NCBI GenBank assembly: GCA_017642535.1
Contig: JAGCOW010000042.1
Location: 64,777-128,776 of the forward strand
Source of the DNA: Bacteroidales bacterium
GTDB taxonomy: Bacteria > Bacteroidota > Bacteroidia > Bacteroidales > UBA1715
DNA length: 64,000 nucleotides
Reading direction: 5' to 3'
The notes under the pieces were generated by a model. That model searched no databases, had not been told where the DNA came from, and saw nothing but the letters and a program-made list of their open reading frames with translations. The number at the start of each line of letters is the position of its first letter. The stretch's first letter is position 1. The position numbers and the translations under genes were made by a program. Of this stretch, positions 36,548 to 44,553 are shown one piece after another.

Positions 36548-37717
36548 ATGGCTGCAATTTCAATTTTAGTTGTTGACGATGAACGTGCGATTCGCAATTC
36601 GCTCAAAGAAATTCTTGAATATGAGAACTATAAGGTGGAAGTTGCCGAAAACGGTGCCGACGGTCTTTCCAAAGTTCAAAACGGGAAATTCGACCTCATC
36701 TTTTCCGACATAAAAATGCCCGAAATGGACGGTATTGCCTTCCTTGAAGCAGTTTTGAAAGAACGTGGCGATGTGCCTGTCATTATGATGTCGGGGCATG
36801 CTGAAATTGATACGGCGGTGAAATCCATCAAATTAGGCGCTTACGATTTCATTTCCAAACCATTGGATATGAATAGAATCCTCGTTACAGTACGTAATGC
36901 GTTGGATAAGAAGAACTTGGTTCAGGAAACGGCTATTCTTAAAAAGAAAGTCGGTTCAAAATATCAGATGATTGGTAATTCTGAGCCATTGCAGAAAATT
37001 CAGGAAATCATTGGCAAAGTTGCTCCAACCGACGCCCGTGTGCTGATTACCGGCCCGAACGGTTCTGGTAAAGAATTGGTTGCACGTGCGCTTCACGACC
37101 AAAGCAATCGAAAAAATGCACCATTTGTTGAAGTAAACTGTGCGGCAATTCCTTCGGAACTTATTGAGAGTGAACTATTTGGGCACGAAAAAGGTTCGTT
37201 CACCTCGGCAATAAAAACACGTATCGGTAAATTCGAGCAAGCCGACGGTGGCACGTTGTTCCTTGACGAAATCGGCGATATGAGCTTGTCGGCACAAGCA
37301 AAGGTGCTTCGTGCCTTGCAAGAACAAAAAATTACTCGTGTAGGCAGCGACAAAGATATTTCGGTTGACGTGCGTGTGCTTGCCGCTACCAACAAGAATA
37401 TGAAGGAGGAAATAGAAGCGAAACGTTTCCGTGAAGATTTGTATCACCGTTTGAGCGTGATTCTCATAAAAGTGCCGTCGCTTGCCGAGCGAATCGACGA
37501 CATTCCGCTGCTTGCCGAACATTTTGTAAACGAGTCGTGCAAGGAAATGGGTGTTCCGAAAAAGGAAATTTCCGCCGATGCCGTAAAAAAATTACAAACC
37601 TATCCGTGGACGGGAAACATTCGTGAATTCCGCAACGTGATTGAACGCTTGGTAATTCTAAGCGGAAAAACCATCGAGGCCTCCGACGTGGAACTTTACA
37701 CGCAACCGTTGGGATAA
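36548..37717 (+). CDS. sigma-54-dependent response regulator (REC + AAA+), no C-terminal HTH
   Basis: MAAISILVVDDERAIR (REC domain), GPNGSGKELVARALH (Walker A), ESELFGHEKGSFTSA (GAFTGA-loop variant) and GNIREFRNVIERL. The protein ends ~20 aa after the AAA+ lid. An alternative ATG lies at 36500. Confidence 0.8.
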   Translation: MAAISILVVDDERAIRNSLKEILEYENYKVEVAENGADGLSKVQNGKFDLIFSDIKMPEMDGIAFLEAVLKERGDVPVIMMSGHAEIDTAVKSIKLGAYDFISKPLDMNRILVTVRNALDKKNLVQETAILKKKVGSKYQMIGNSEPLQKIQEIIGKVAPTDARVLITGPNGSGKELVARALHDQSNRKNAPFVEVNCAAIPSELIESELFGHEKGSFTSAIKTRIGKFEQADGGTLFLDEIGDMSLSAQAKVLRALQEQKITRVGSDKDISVDVRVLAATNKNMKEEIEAKRFREDLYHRLSVILIKVPSLAERIDDIPLLAEHFVNESCKEMGVPKKEISADAVKKLQTYPWTGNIREFRNVIERLVILSGKTIEASDVELYTQPLG

Positions 37718-37740
37718 GATTAAAGATTTAGTCGCATTGT

Positions 37741-37826
37741 CTATTCTATCCCTTTATTTATCCAATCTTCGATTAGTTGAAGATTTTTGTAGTCAAGAAT
37801 CATATTGGAGTGGTCGAACGACAGGA
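37741..37826 (-). pseudogene. 3'-terminal fragment (last ~27 codons + stop) of a paralog of the cytochrome-c lipoprotein gene 43790-44470
   Basis: 80/86 nt are identical to 43790-43875. It encodes ...LSFDHSNMILDYKNLQLIEDWINKGIE*. Homology stops upstream and there is no start codon. Confidence 0.8.
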
Positions 37827-37871
37827 CGCTATAAATGCTGTTTTGCAGGCATAAAAAAGGGACTCCCTTAT

Positions 37872-37921
37872 GGAAATCCCTAAAACTTGGTATTCTCACG
37901 AGTGGAAATCGTCAAAAAAAG
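37872..37921 (-). repeat. 50-nt variant of the AATCCC motif family, copy 4
   Basis: ggaaatccctaaaacttggtattctcacgagtggaaatcgtcaaaaaaag is 45/50 identical to 29055-29104. Confidence 0.7.
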
Positions 37922-37945
37922 ATTGGAGGAAAAGAATTTCAATCT

Positions 37946-37980
37946 TGTCGGAATGTGTAAATTTTTGATAGATTCCGACA
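37946..37980. promoter_or_regulatory. 9-bp inverted repeat upstream of the ATPase/RloB pair
   Basis: tgtcggaat-N17-attccgaca. Confidence 0.3.
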
Positions 37981-38050
37981 GAATCAAAGCACAATATGTT
38001 AAAATATGAGTTTTTTCCTCAATTTAATACACGACATTGAATTTTATTTT

Positions 38051-38058
38051 TATATTTG
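38051..38058 (+). promoter_or_regulatory. candidate -7 box (TATATTTG)
   Basis: Matches TAnnTTTG, 40 nt upstream of ATG 38098. Confidence 0.35.
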
Positions 38059-38097
38059 CATAAAAAACAGACAAGTAAATATTTAAGGTAAGTAGTT

Positions 38098-39363
38098 ATG
38101 TTGCTTGAATTTACGGTAGGAAATTATCGCTCCTTTTATGAAAAAAAGACATTTTCAATGTTGGCACAAGGACTAAGCGAAGAAGCAAAAGACAATGTGA
38201 CAAGTTTGTTATCATACGACATTCTTAAAACAATGGCCGTATATGGAGCGAACTCCAGTGGTAAGTCAAACTTGATTAATGCCATTCAAACTATGAAATC
38301 ATGTGTACTTTCTTCGGTAAAACTCAATCCCAATGATTCCCTGTATTACGAGCCATTTTTGCTTGTAAAAGACAATAACAAGCCCACTTTGTTTGAGATG
38401 ACTTTTTTGAAGAATGATTTTTGTTACCGTTATGGGTTCTCATATACGCAAAATACAATTGTTGACGAGTGGTTGTGTCGTCGGACGACTAAACGTTCAA
38501 AAGAGCAAGCTCTTTTTATTCGCAATAGTGAAGGTATCGCTTTCGAGGATAACAAGTTCCCTGAAGGCATCGGATTAGAATCGAAAGTAAACGATAATCG
38601 TTTGTTCTTATCGCTGTGCGCACAACTGGGCGGTGAGGTTTCAAATAAAGTTATTTCGTGGTTTGAATCCGATTTTAACGTTGTATCGGGACTAAATAAC
38701 CAAGAATATCGTAGTTTCTCAAAAAAACTTTTTCATCAAAAAAAAGATGCGAGCAACGAGGCAATGACTTTGTTCAAGAAACTTCAATTAGGATTTGGTG
38801 AAATATCAACGTATGAAAAAAAATTAAAACTTCCAGAAGATACTCCGAAAGATCTTGTATCATTTTTCACAAAAATTGTAGCAGAAAAAGACATTGAAAT
38901 TGAATCTGTTCATCTGTTGTATGACAAAAACGGAAAAAAATGTGGCACGATAAAATTCCCCTTTGATGACAAGGAATCTTCGGGTACAAGAAAACTTTTT
39001 GATATGTCGGGACCTATATTCGACGCATTGGAAAAAGGTTTGGTTTTAGTAATTGATGAATTGGATGCAAAAATGCACCCGTTGATTTCACAGGAAATCA
39101 TTCGTCTGTTTAATAATCCTAAAACAAATCCGAAAAATGCTCAACTGATTTTCACCACACATGACACTCATTTGTTGTCAACAAAAATGTTGAGACGTGA
39201 CCAAATTTGGTTTACCGAAAAAAACAATGCGGAGCAAACCGATTTATATTGTTTGACAGACATTGTATTGCCAGATGGTACAAAACCGAGAAACGATGCC
39301 AATTATGAGAAAAACTATATTGCTGGACGATATGGTGCAATCCCATATATTGTAAACGATTAA
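38098..39363 (+). CDS. AAA_21/ABC-like ATPase (AbiLi-like)
   Basis: FTVGNYRSF..., the Walker A motif GANSSGKSNL, the Walker B motif LVIDELDAKMHP, and FTTHDTHLL. The C-terminal GRYGAIPYI is typical of this defence-associated ATPase family. Confidence 0.8.
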   Translation: MLLEFTVGNYRSFYEKKTFSMLAQGLSEEAKDNVTSLLSYDILKTMAVYGANSSGKSNLINAIQTMKSCVLSSVKLNPNDSLYYEPFLLVKDNNKPTLFEMTFLKNDFCYRYGFSYTQNTIVDEWLCRRTTKRSKEQALFIRNSEGIAFEDNKFPEGIGLESKVNDNRLFLSLCAQLGGEVSNKVISWFESDFNVVSGLNNQEYRSFSKKLFHQKKDASNEAMTLFKKLQLGFGEISTYEKKLKLPEDTPKDLVSFFTKIVAEKDIEIESVHLLYDKNGKKCGTIKFPFDDKESSGTRKLFDMSGPIFDALEKGLVLVIDELDAKMHPLISQEIIRLFNNPKTNPKNAQLIFTTHDTHLLSTKMLRRDQIWFTEKNNAEQTDLYCLTDIVLPDGTKPRNDANYEKNYIAGRYGAIPYIVND

Positions 39364-39375
39364 AAAGCCTGAAAT

Positions 39376-40086
39376 ATGCCAGCAAATAGAATAAAGTTGG
39401 AGCCCGCACTTGAGCGCCGTTATGCAAGACAAGCACAAAAACGCAAACAACGCCAGATTGTGTGTAAAATTCTTATTGTATGCGAGGGAACAAAAACAGA
39501 GCCAAATTATTTCAATGCATTTCTCTCATACAATCAAGGTACCGTGGTTTACGACATTGACGTGAAAGGCTTGGGTGATAACACTCTAAATGTGGTTGAC
39601 AAAGCAATTGAACTAAAAAACAAAGGCGAATACGACCGTGTATGGGCGGTTTTTGACAAAGATTCATTCTCCAACGATAAGTTTAATAGTGCTATTATAA
39701 AAGCTGAAAGTAACAATGTCTGTTGTGCATGGAGCAATGAGGCATTTGAATTATGGTATCTTTATCATTTTGTTAATAGGACAACAGGAATGAATAGAGA
39801 GGAGTACAAAGTTGCCATTTCTAACGCTGTTAATAATTCACCAAAGTACAAGTTGAAGAAAATGTATGTATATGATAAGGGGGCTAAAGACAACTACCGT
39901 ATTATGACAACATATGGTTCAATGGAAAACGCAATAAAGTTTGCAGAAGCAAAAAGTATGGAATATACGGATAAACGGTATGCCACGCATAATCCATGTA
40001 CTATGGTATTCAAATTAGTGCGACAACTGATTGGAAAAGACGAAGAGTTGAATGAGGAACTGAAAAAGAAAGTGGAACATAGGTAA
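39376..40086 (+). CDS. RloB-like (Toprim-like) protein (AbiLii-like)
   Basis: KILIVCEGTKTEPNYFNAF is the hallmark N-terminal motif of RloB-family proteins. The ORF starts 12 nt after the ATPase gene. Confidence 0.8.
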   Translation: MPANRIKLEPALERRYARQAQKRKQRQIVCKILIVCEGTKTEPNYFNAFLSYNQGTVVYDIDVKGLGDNTLNVVDKAIELKNKGEYDRVWAVFDKDSFSNDKFNSAIIKAESNNVCCAWSNEAFELWYLYHFVNRTTGMNREEYKVAISNAVNNSPKYKLKKMYVYDKGAKDNYRIMTTYGSMENAIKFAEAKSMEYTDKRYATHNPCTMVFKLVRQLIGKDEELNEELKKKVEHR

Positions 40087-40474
40087 CTGCACCCCAACCT
40101 ATGGGACCGTCAACGGAAACCATTGTGGGGCGTATGTTCTTTGAAATTTCTTTTACCGTTGTTCCCACTATTCTGCTTCCGATACGTTCCGTAACACGCA
40201 ATAAAACCGTTCCCGTACCCTCTGTAAAGCGAACAATTACGCCAGTGCCTGTTGCAGTATTTGATGTAATGAAATCCGCTCCGCCCTCAATGCTCCACTC
40301 ATACGTAGAGTGAGCACCAGGTCTTAAAATCCCGTATGGCAGATAATCAACCGACGAGGAAGATTCCCTGCAATCTATCGACGAACCTGTTATTTCGAGG
40401 TTTTGGGCATACGAACCGAGCACCGCCAAAAGTAGTGCGATGATTGTTATTCCTATTTTATTTTTATACCTCAT
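40010..40474 (-). CDS. hypothetical secreted protein (154 aa)
   Basis: The signal peptide is MRYKNKIGITIIALLLAVLGSYAQ. The 3' end overlaps the convergent RloB gene by 77 nt. Confidence 0.5.
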   Translation of the reverse strand: MRYKNKIGITIIALLLAVLGSYAQNLEITGSSIDCRESSSSVDYLPYGILRPGAHSTYEWSIEGGADFITSNTATGTGVIVRFTEGTGTVLLRVTERIGSRIVGTTVKEISKNIRPTMVSVDGPIGWGAVTYVPLSFSVPHSTLRLFQSVVALI

Positions 40475-40490
40475 AGTTTTTATTTTTTAT

Positions 40491-40520
40491 TGTAGGGGTA
40501 AATAATCATTTGTCCCTACA
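40491..40520. repeat. TGTAGGG...CCCTACA hairpin
   Basis: tgtaggg-N16-ccctaca, located between the BNR gene stop and the next gene start. Confidence 0.5.
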
Positions 40521-40523
40521 TTG

Positions 40524-42950
40524 TTATTGAACGATAACCTTCTTAACTTGTTGATTGCAATGCACAAAATACGTACCCGACGGCAAAGAAGCATTGGTTT
40601 GCACTTTTTGCCCTGCTACGTTGTATATTGCATAATCATCACAATTACATTCTATTTTTCCATTTAGTACACGGATTTGAATATCATCCGAAGAAACAGC
40701 GTCTATAGCACTACCACCGTTGTTTACTATAAATTCTTGACTCTGAACTATCTCATAGACCTCTTCATCCTCTGGGATTACTTTTATGACATAGTTTGCT
40801 TCTATGCCTTTAGGTAATGTTATAACAAAAGGTTCTCCCGATTTTATTTCTATGTTCTCACTTACCACGATAGAAGCACCATTTACTTGTTCTACTAAAA
40901 CCTTTGCGGTATAGTTTTGATTTTCTGCATTGCTTATGGAGCATTGGATTGTGCCGTTTTCTTGTTTTTCAAAAGACGATTCAGATGTTTTTATTTTGTG
41001 AATACCTTTGTACACTCGAAGATATCGTTCTTTTTCGCAAGCATATATAACATTAGGGTTATTCGATTTTGCAAGTAATTCAGCATTGGGGGATAGAAAA
41101 GGAACACCTTCCCATGTTTCCCCATTATCATAACTAATTCTTGCTGTATCATTTAAATAAAGAATGTTTTCTGATAATTTTGGTAAGAATAGTATTCCAT
41201 TTCCATAGTCAATAATTTTTTGATAGTAATTTGCAGAATGTGTATTATTGGGATTATCAACCATTGGGTCTGCAACCTTTTTGAAAGTTAAATCCTTTTC
41301 ACACGTATAAATATAGCCATACCACCAATCTGTTAATATCCAACGGTCATTATAAAATTCTATATTTATACGTGGCATATTCCCTTTTATATCCGAATCT
41401 GTTACTACAGAAAATGTCATTGTGCTTTTCTCCGGGTCTATGTTTGCCACTAATATAGTCTTTGAATTATCGCTTTGAAACAGCCCAAGATTTTCATTAG
41501 CAAAAGCACCATTTAAGGTTCCACCATATTCATAGTATGTCCATGTTGTATTTTGGACTCTTTTCCATGTGTCACCTCCATTTTGAGTTTGATATAATTC
41601 TGTATCATCGTACACATATCCAAATTTATCTGAAAAAAATCGAAGGTGTTTATATTTAGAGCCATAAATATCCATTTTTTTCCCTTTCCAAGATTCACCA
41701 CCATCGTAAGATATAAATAAACTATCATTACCTGTCATAAAAATAATGTCATCTGAAAATATTTGCATTTCACATAATGTAGTGTTAAAATCCTTGTATG
41801 TCCATGTATTGCCACCATCCATAGTATGGAATAACCTACCTTTTTTAGCCCCAATGACAAATATTTCTTGTGAGGACTTAACATACAAGGCTTTACCATC
41901 CATAGTACCGTTATATACATATTTTGACACATTTTCATTCATAGTCGCCAACACAGCATCAACAGGTGGGGTGTAATGGTCTTGGGTGTTTTGCCATATA
42001 CGCATACTATCTGTAGAAACGATATTCTTATTATTTGAAGAATATCCATCTTGCACTGATGCAAACACTTTTCCTTCGCCAAGGTCATACATAAAAATAG
42101 GTTCATCATAGTATGTCATCCCAGAACTTTTACTATTAAACAAATTTATTATTCTACAACCTTCCAATGTCGTATTACAACTGCTTCGTACAGTTAATAA
42201 AAGTTGTCCGTTGTTGAACTGAAAAAGGAATTGTGGTGTAATATCCAAACTATTTTTTTCCCAAGTCACACCTCCGTCTTTTGTTACACAATATCCATAT
42301 CTTGTAAACATATAGCCATAATTTTCGTTTACAAATGCGATAAAACTCTTCGAAGAAGATGTCACAGATTGAGTTAATACATTATCTGTGAGTTTTTGCC
42401 ATCGTTCCCCCGAATTAAAACTTGAATAGATATATAATTCCTTTTCACTGTTATTAAAAAACACAGCGAAAACAGTTTTTTCATCTCTCCAAGTCATATC
42501 TAACATTTTATAGTTATCTCCAATAGGAATATCCGATTTATTCCATATATGACCACCATCGGTAGTGAATAAAAGCACATTTTTCTCTTTATTATCCTCT
42601 ATATATGATGAGTGAAAGACACCATGCAAAGAATCCGAAGAGAAACTGAATTTTGATGTTTGAACATTATGCATTGCTTTTTGGGTAAAGATATTTTCGT
42701 CTATGTCAAACGCATCGTAAACAGGTATCCACGTTTTCCCTGTATCAATAGTTTCCGCAAGCATTCCCTCTTCTGTTGCAATAACTATATGTCCATTTTT
42801 GGTATGAGCAGTTAAAAATGTTGTTGTACGAACAGAACTACCTAATCTCATAGATTTATTAGTAATTTCTCGCCACTCGTACTCAAATGGTTGTGAGTAG
42901 AGATAACACGATGTTATTATCGTGAAGAATAAAACAATAATCTTCTTCAT
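40524..42950 (-). CDS. BNR/Asp-box repeat beta-propeller protein with T9SS C-terminal sorting domain (808 aa)
   Basis: At least 8 SxDxGxTW-type boxes are present (TIDTGKTW, TTDGGHIW, NSGERW, TKDGGVTW, TMDGGNTW, SYDGGESW, TQNGGDTW, SYDNGETW). An N-terminal signal peptide is present. The tail is IYNVAGQKVQTNASLPSGTYFVHCNQQVKKVIVQ. Confidence 0.8.
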   Translation of the reverse strand: MKKIIVLFFTIITSCYLYSQPFEYEWREITNKSMRLGSSVRTTTFLTAHTKNGHIVIATEEGMLAETIDTGKTWIPVYDAFDIDENIFTQKAMHNVQTSKFSFSSDSLHGVFHSSYIEDNKEKNVLLFTTDGGHIWNKSDIPIGDNYKMLDMTWRDEKTVFAVFFNNSEKELYIYSSFNSGERWQKLTDNVLTQSVTSSSKSFIAFVNENYGYMFTRYGYCVTKDGGVTWEKNSLDITPQFLFQFNNGQLLLTVRSSCNTTLEGCRIINLFNSKSSGMTYYDEPIFMYDLGEGKVFASVQDGYSSNNKNIVSTDSMRIWQNTQDHYTPPVDAVLATMNENVSKYVYNGTMDGKALYVKSSQEIFVIGAKKGRLFHTMDGGNTWTYKDFNTTLCEMQIFSDDIIFMTGNDSLFISYDGGESWKGKKMDIYGSKYKHLRFFSDKFGYVYDDTELYQTQNGGDTWKRVQNTTWTYYEYGGTLNGAFANENLGLFQSDNSKTILVANIDPEKSTMTFSVVTDSDIKGNMPRINIEFYNDRWILTDWWYGYIYTCEKDLTFKKVADPMVDNPNNTHSANYYQKIIDYGNGILFLPKLSENILYLNDTARISYDNGETWEGVPFLSPNAELLAKSNNPNVIYACEKERYLRVYKGIHKIKTSESSFEKQENGTIQCSISNAENQNYTAKVLVEQVNGASIVVSENIEIKSGEPFVITLPKGIEANYVIKVIPEDEEVYEIVQSQEFIVNNGGSAIDAVSSDDIQIRVLNGKIECNCDDYAIYNVAGQKVQTNASLPSGTYFVHCNQQVKKVIVQ

Positions 42951-42954
42951 TGCA

Positions 42955-43500
42955 TTAATTATTTGGGTTACTTTGACAATTTGTTTGCTCTAATATCAGT
43001 TCTGCCAACCTGTCAATGTCGACATTATTGACAACGCCGTCTTTATTTATATCGGCATTATCAAGAAAACAACTATTAAGCGTATAGGTTGTTTCGCCAC
43101 AATTAGTCTGAATTGTTATCGTAAACCCTCCATCAGAAGAAGGTTGTAATGTTGCGCCCTCTTGTACATATCCTTTCAGAGCGTCTAAATCTTCCAAAGA
43201 ATAACCGGGCTTACCATCTATTACAACCAAATCACCATCTTCGCACGTTGTGGTATCACAATTTTCCACCTCAAAGGTAATGCTTGCGGTAAGAGAGTCA
43301 CATTGATTTGCTACGGTATATTGATATTCATACGTTCCACACTTACCGTCATTCGGCTCGCTTATTTTAGTCAATGTGCCTTCTACATCACTTATTGGGT
43401 GAATTATCTGTTCTCCCATTGTATTCCAATCGGAATATTGGATTTTTGGCTTAAAATCTATAGAAAAGTCTTTCTGTGAATAGGTAGTTTTCTGCAACAT
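42955..43500 (-). CDS. hypothetical Cys-rich protein with dockerin-like Ca-binding repeat
   Basis: DNADINKDGVVNNVDIDRLAELIL resembles a dockerin/EF-hand repeat. The ATG at 43500 is preceded by a TATTTTTG box (43527-43534, minus strand). The longer GTG-initiated form extending to 43596 would add a hydrophobic N-terminus. Confidence 0.55.
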   Translation of the reverse strand: MLQKTTYSQKDFSIDFKPKIQYSDWNTMGEQIIHPISDVEGTLTKISEPNDGKCGTYEYQYTVANQCDSLTASITFEVENCDTTTCEDGDLVVIDGKPGYSLEDLDALKGYVQEGATLQPSSDGGFTITIQTNCGETTYTLNSCFLDNADINKDGVVNNVDIDRLAELILEQTNCQSNPNN

Positions 43501-43789
43501 AATTTTTCTTGTTAAAATTCTTGTTTCAAAAATACGTAATACGAATGAAAAAAGAAAAAAAATCAGGAGAAAATTATGTAAGTGTATAAAAGACACTATT
43601 TTAACAAACTGAATATCAGTAAAATTTATTTAAAGTTTTTGTAGATATAATTGAATACCCCCCAAGAAGAATCAGAAAATTCACAAGATTAGCAAAAATG
43701 TTTTGAAAATAAAAAGTCTTAGGTTATCGAGAAAATCTCAATAGGTGTTTGTGGAGTTACACAAAAAAAATCGGCAATTCGCCACAATT

Positions 43790-44470
43790 TTATTCTATCC
43801 CTTTATTTATCCAATCTTCGATTAACTGAAGATTTTTGTAGTCAAGTATCATGTTGGAGTGGTCGAACGATAGGGTGCCATCGGTGCCAGTAACGACCTT
43901 GTACATAAAACTGTTTGCCGCATCGCCGGGGACAACACGCACGGAGCCGTCGGTCGCCTTTGACGAAGCCACGTTAACCAATGCGTCGTAACTATTTCCT
44001 TCGGTGAGATACAAACCAGCCGCGGCAGATTTTCCTCCGCCATGACACGCCGCACACGTTGGCGTGAATATCGCATTTTGTATGGCGTTGAACATATCGG
44101 CACGGATTGCGCCTGCCTCCAAAACTATCTCATCGCTGTTGTCGGCTGAAATATCGCTTTTGTAGAATGTAGCCACACGTTCACGAAGACGATTTATCAC
44201 GCAGATTTCTATAGTCTTCACCGAACTGCCAATACCTCTTAACACAATTGTGTCGGCACCTACGGAAATGTTCTTTGATATGTCGGCATATTTGTTGTCG
44301 CCGAAACCGGCAACCACCACATTGTAACCCGACGACCAATTTTCAATGCCCGAAACCGAGGTGACCACAGTGACAGTCCGTCCCGTATTTTCCACCTTGA
44401 GGTCTTCAATTATATCACCGTCGTCGCAGGCAGAAAGGGCTAAAAGACTTATAATCAATATCTTCTTCAT
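43790..44470 (-). CDS. lipoprotein with c-type cytochrome motif
   Basis: MKKILIISLLALSACDDG contains a lipobox. FTPTCAACHGGGKSAAAGLYL contains a CxxCH motif. The start was moved from 44500 to 44470 because the longer form includes hairpin copy D. Confidence 0.7.
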   Translation of the reverse strand: MKKILIISLLALSACDDGDIIEDLKVENTGRTVTVVTSVSGIENWSSGYNVVVAGFGDNKYADISKNISVGADTIVLRGIGSSVKTIEICVINRLRERVATFYKSDISADNSDEIVLEAGAIRADMFNAIQNAIFTPTCAACHGGGKSAAAGLYLTEGNSYDALVNVASSKATDGSVRVVPGDAANSFMYKVVTGTDGTLSFDHSNMILDYKNLQLIEDWINKGIE

Positions 44471-44491
44471 AAATCCTTTTTTTGCAGTCAG

Positions 44492-44513
44492 GAGACGCAC
44501 GACCGTGCGTCTC
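44492..44513. repeat. GAGACGCAC...GTGCGTCTC hairpin, copy D (degenerate outer arm)
   Basis: gagacgcac-gacc-gtgcgtctc, followed by tac aaat as in the other copies. Confidence 0.7.
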
Positions 44514-44553
44514 TACAAATCCAAATTCTTAATTTTCATTTTTAATTCTTAAT

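Noticed and set aside
36500-37717. A search for a sigma-54 (-24/-12) promoter associated with the enhancer-binding protein.
   Set aside because: All TGGCAC occurrences I found (e.g. 4571, 19842, 19978, 38163) are inside coding regions and lack a TTGC at the correct spacing. No claim is made.
43501-43596. The GTG-initiated N-terminal extension of the dockerin-like protein.
   Set aside because: It is encoded by a low-complexity T/A-rich tract that also contains a good TAnnTTTG box for the ATG at 43500. It is kept only as an alternative because it would supply a membrane anchor.
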